Shown here: one piece after another, positions 11,217 through 13,800 of the stretch
Layout: every line of letters begins with the position of its first letter
Numbering within the stretch: position 1 is the stretch's first letter
Virus record (IMG/VR): IMGVR_UViG_2706794673_000002
Source: a virus
Taxonomy: Duplodnaviria; Heunggongvirae; Uroviricota; Caudoviricetes
DNA: 13,800 nucleotides
Strand: one strand, 5' to 3'
The notes under the pieces: generated by a model
The model's database searches: none
Seen by the model: only the letters and a program-made list of their open reading frames with translations
What the model was told of the DNA's origin: nothing
Made by a program: the position numbers and the translations under genes

Positions 11217-11632
11217 GTTTTGCCCTGAAACTGGCGCGTGAGATGGGGCGACCCGACTGGCGCGCCATGCTTGCCGGGATGTCATCCACGGAGTATGCCG
11301 ACTGGCACCGCTTTTACAGTACCCATTATTTTCATGATGTTCTGCTGGATATGCACTTTTCCGGGCTGACGTACACCGTGCTCAGCCTGTTTTTCAGCGA
11401 TCCGGAGATGCATCCGCTGGATTTCAGTCTGCTGAACCGGCGCGAGGCTGACGAAGAGCCTGAAGATGATGTGCTGATGCAGAAAGCGGCAGGGCTTGCC
11501 GGAGGTGTCCGCTTTGGCCCGGACGGGAATGAAGTTATCCCCGCTTCCCCGGATGTGGCGGACATGACGGAGGATGACGTAATGCTGATGACAGTATCAG
11601 AAGGGATCGCAGGAGGAGTCCGGTATGGCTGA
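10794..11632 (+). CDS. T: tail assembly chaperone G-T fusion produced by -1 frameshift at 11192-11198
   Basis: The -1 frame ORF downstream of the slippery site (track ORF 11198..11632) matches lambda gpT. Total span of 839 nt equals the lambda G-T span. Its end overlaps the H start. Confidence 0.9.
11192..11198 (+). promoter_or_regulatory. -1 programmed ribosomal frameshift slippery heptamer G GGA AAG (G to G-T)
   Basis: Heptamer GGGAAAG lies in the G zero frame as (gc)G GGA AAG, 6 codons before the G stop. Reading in -1 from here continues as GKVFDGELSFALKLAREMGRPDW... to a stop at 11630-11632. Confidence 0.9.
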
Positions 11633-13800
11633 ACCGGTAGGCGATCTGGTCGTTGATTTGAGTCTGGATGCGGCCAGATTTGACGAGCAGATGGCCAGAG
11701 TCAGGCGTCATTTTTCCGGTACGGAAAGTGATGCGAAAAAAACAGCGGCAGTCGTTGAACAGTCGCTGAGCCGACAGGCGCTGGCTGCACAGAAAGCGGG
11801 GATTTCCGTCGGGCAGTATAAAGCCGCCATGCGTATGCTGCCTGCACAGTTCACCGACGTGGCCACGCAGCTTGCAGGGGGGCAGAATCCCTGGCTGATC
11901 CTGCTGCAACAGGGTGGTCAGGTTAAGGACTCCTTCGGCGGGATGATCCCCATGTTCAGGGGGCTTGCCGGCGCGATCACCCTGCCGATGGTGGGGGCCA
12001 CCTCGCTGGCGGTGGCGACCGGTGCGCTGGCGTATGCCTGGTATCAGGGCAACTCAACCCTGTCCGATTTCAACAAAACGCTGGTCCTTTCCGGTAATCA
12101 GGCGGGACTGACGGCAGATCGTATGCTGGTCCTGTCCAGAGCCGGGCAGGCGGCAGGGCTGACGTTTAACCAGACCAGCGAGTCACTCAGCGCACTGGTT
12201 AAGGCGGGGGTAAGCGGTGAGGCTCAGATTGCGTCCATCAGCCAGAGTGTGGCGCGTTTCTCCTATGCATCCGGCGTGGAGGTGGACAAGGTCGCTGAAG
12301 CCTTCGGGAAGCTGACCACAGACCCGACGTCGGGGCTGACGGCGATGGCACGCCAGTTCCATAACGTGACGGCGGAGCAGATTGCGTATGTTGCTCAGTT
12401 GCAGCGTTCCGGCGATGAAGCCGGGGCATTGCAGGCGGCGAACGAGGCCGCAACGAAAGGGTTTGATGACCAGACCCGCCGCCTGAAAGAGAACATGGGC
12501 ACGCTGGAGACCTGGGCAGACAGGACTGCACGTGCATTCAAATCCATGTGGGATGCGGTGCTGGATATTGGTCGTCCTGATACCGCGCAGGAGATGCTGA
12601 TTAAGGCAGAGGCTGCGTTTAAGAAAGCAGACGACATCTGGAATCTGCGCAAGGATGATTATTTCGTTAACGATGAAGCACGGGCGCGTTACTGGGATGA
12701 TCGTGAAAAAAAACGCCTGGAGCGGGATGCAGCCCAAAAGAGGGTAGATCAACAGCGTCAACAGGACAAAAATGCGCAGCAGCAGAGCGATACCGAAGCG
12801 TCACGGCTGAAATATACCGAAGAGGCGCAGAAGGCTTACGAACGGCTGCAGACGCCGCTGGAGAAATATACCGCCCGTCAGGAAGAACTGAACAAGGCAC
12901 TGAAAGACGGAAAAATCCTGCAGGCAGATTACAACACGCTGATGGCGGCGGCGAAAAAGGATTATGAAGCGACGCTGAAAAAGCCGAAACAGTCCGGCGT
13001 GAAGGTGTATGCGGGCGATCGTCAGGAAGACAGTGCTCATGCGGCCCTGCTGACGCTTCAGGCAGAACTCCGGACGCTGGAGAAGCATGCCGGAGCGAAT
13101 GAGAAAATCAGCCAGCAGCGCCGGGATTTGTGGAAGGCAGAAAGTCAGTTCGCGGTACTGGAGGAGGCGGCACAACGTCGCCAGCTGTCCGCACAGGAGA
13201 AATCCCTGCTGGCGCATAAAGACGAGACGCTGGAGTACAAACGCCAGCTGGCTGCACTTGGTGACAAGGTTACGTATCAGGAGCACCTGAATGCGCTGGC
13301 GCAGCAGGCGGATAAATTCGCACAGCAGCAACGGGCAAAACGGGCAGCCATTGATGCGAAAAACCGGGGGCTGACTGACCGGCAGGCAGCGCGGGAAGCC
13401 ACGGAACAGCGCCTGAAGGAACAGTATGGCGATAATCCTCTGGCGCTGAATAACGTCATGTCAGAGCAGAAAAAGACCTGGGCGGCTGAAGACCAGCTTC
13501 GCGGGAGCTGGATGGCAGGCCTGAAGTCCGGCTGGAGTGAGTGGGAAGAGAGCGCCACGGACAGTATGTCACAGGTTAAAAGTGCAGCCACGCAGACCTT
13601 TGATGGTATTGCACAGAATATGGCGGCGATGCTGACCGGCAGTGAACAGAACTGGCGCAGCTTCACCCGCTCCGTGCTGTCCATGATGACAGAAATTCTG
13701 CTTAAGCAGGCAATGGTGGGGATTGTCGGGAGTATCGGCAGCGCCATTGGCGGGGCTGTTGGTGGCGGCGCATCCGCGTCAGGTGGTACAGCCATTCAGG
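11625..13800 (+). CDS. H: tail tape measure protein H, 3' truncated by the window edge
   Basis: ATG at 11625 with AGGAGGAG Shine-Dalgarno. MAEPVGDLVVDLSLDAARFDEQMARVRRHFSGTESDAKKTAAVVEQSLSRQALAAQKAGISVGQYKAAMRMLPAQFTDVATQLAGG... matches lambda gpH. The frame stays open for about 725 codons to the end of the window. Confidence 0.96.
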   Translation, partial: MAEPVGDLVVDLSLDAARFDEQMARVRRHFSGTESDAKKTAAVVEQSLSRQALAAQKAGISVGQYKAAMRMLPAQFTDVATQLAGGQNPWLILLQQGGQVKDSFGGMIPMFRGLAGAITLPMVGATSLAVATGALAYAWYQGNSTLSDFNKTLVLSGNQAGLTADRMLVLSRAGQAAGLTFNQTSESLSALVKAGVSGEAQIASISQSVARFSYASGVEVDKVAEAFGKLTTDPTSGLTAMARQFHNVTAEQIAYVAQLQRSGDEAGALQAANEAATKGFDDQTRRLKENMGTLETWADRTARAFKSMWDAVLDIGRPDTAQEMLIKAEAAFKKADDIWNLRKDDYFVNDEARARYWDDREKKRLERDAAQKRVDQQRQQDKNAQQQSDTEASRLKYTEEAQKAYERLQTPLEKYTARQEELNKALKDGKILQADYNTLMAAAKKDYEATLKKPKQSGVKVYAGDRQEDSAHAALLTLQAELRTLEKHAGANEKISQQRRDLWKAESQFAVLEEAAQRRQLSAQEKSLLAHKDETLEYKRQLAALGDKVTYQEHLNALAQQADKFAQQQRAKRAAIDAKNRGLTDRQAAREATEQRLKEQYGDNPLALNNVMSEQKKTWAAEDQLRGSWMAGLKSGWSEWEESATDSMSQVKSAATQTFDGIAQNMAAMLTGSEQNWRSFTRSVLSMMTEILLKQAMVGIVGSIGSAIGGAVGGGASASGGTAIQ

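Noticed and set aside
10775-13795. Antisense or alternate-frame ORFs within G, T and H (for example 10775..11074 -, 10914..11285 -, 11535..11909 -, 12183..12761 -, 12801..13331 -, 13087..13290 +, 13277..13795 -)
   Set aside because: The tape measure and chaperone genes are GC-rich with biased codon usage, which generates long shadow ORFs. Translations are low complexity (Arg/Ala/Pro/Ser-rich).

Overview
This window is the cos-proximal late (head and tail morphogenesis) region of a phage lambda-like genome, read across the cos site, so the DNA is in prophage, circular or concatemer configuration rather than a linear virion end. From 1348 onward the plus strand carries the canonical lambda order nu1-A-W-B-C/nu3-D-E-FI-FII-Z-U-V-G/T-H, with proteins near-identical to lambda as far as I can judge by recall (no search was run). 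Two N blocks (3152-3401, 6658-6905) mask part of A and the C/nu3 end plus the D start. Upstream of cos, on the minus strand, sits a small cassette that is not part of the morphogenesis module: a 77-aa ribbon-helix-helix-like protein followed by an AT-rich ~136-141-aa protein of unknown function. This is the most interesting part of the window and the best candidate for an uncharacterised accessory system, though by position it may belong to the conserved-but-unstudied YnfO/YdfO-like prophage genes. Other notable points are a cosN cohesive-end sequence that differs from my recollection of lambda, a disrupted C-terminal domain in the tail tube gene V, and an intact G-T -1 frameshift site. No rRNA, tRNA or CRISPR array was recognised.
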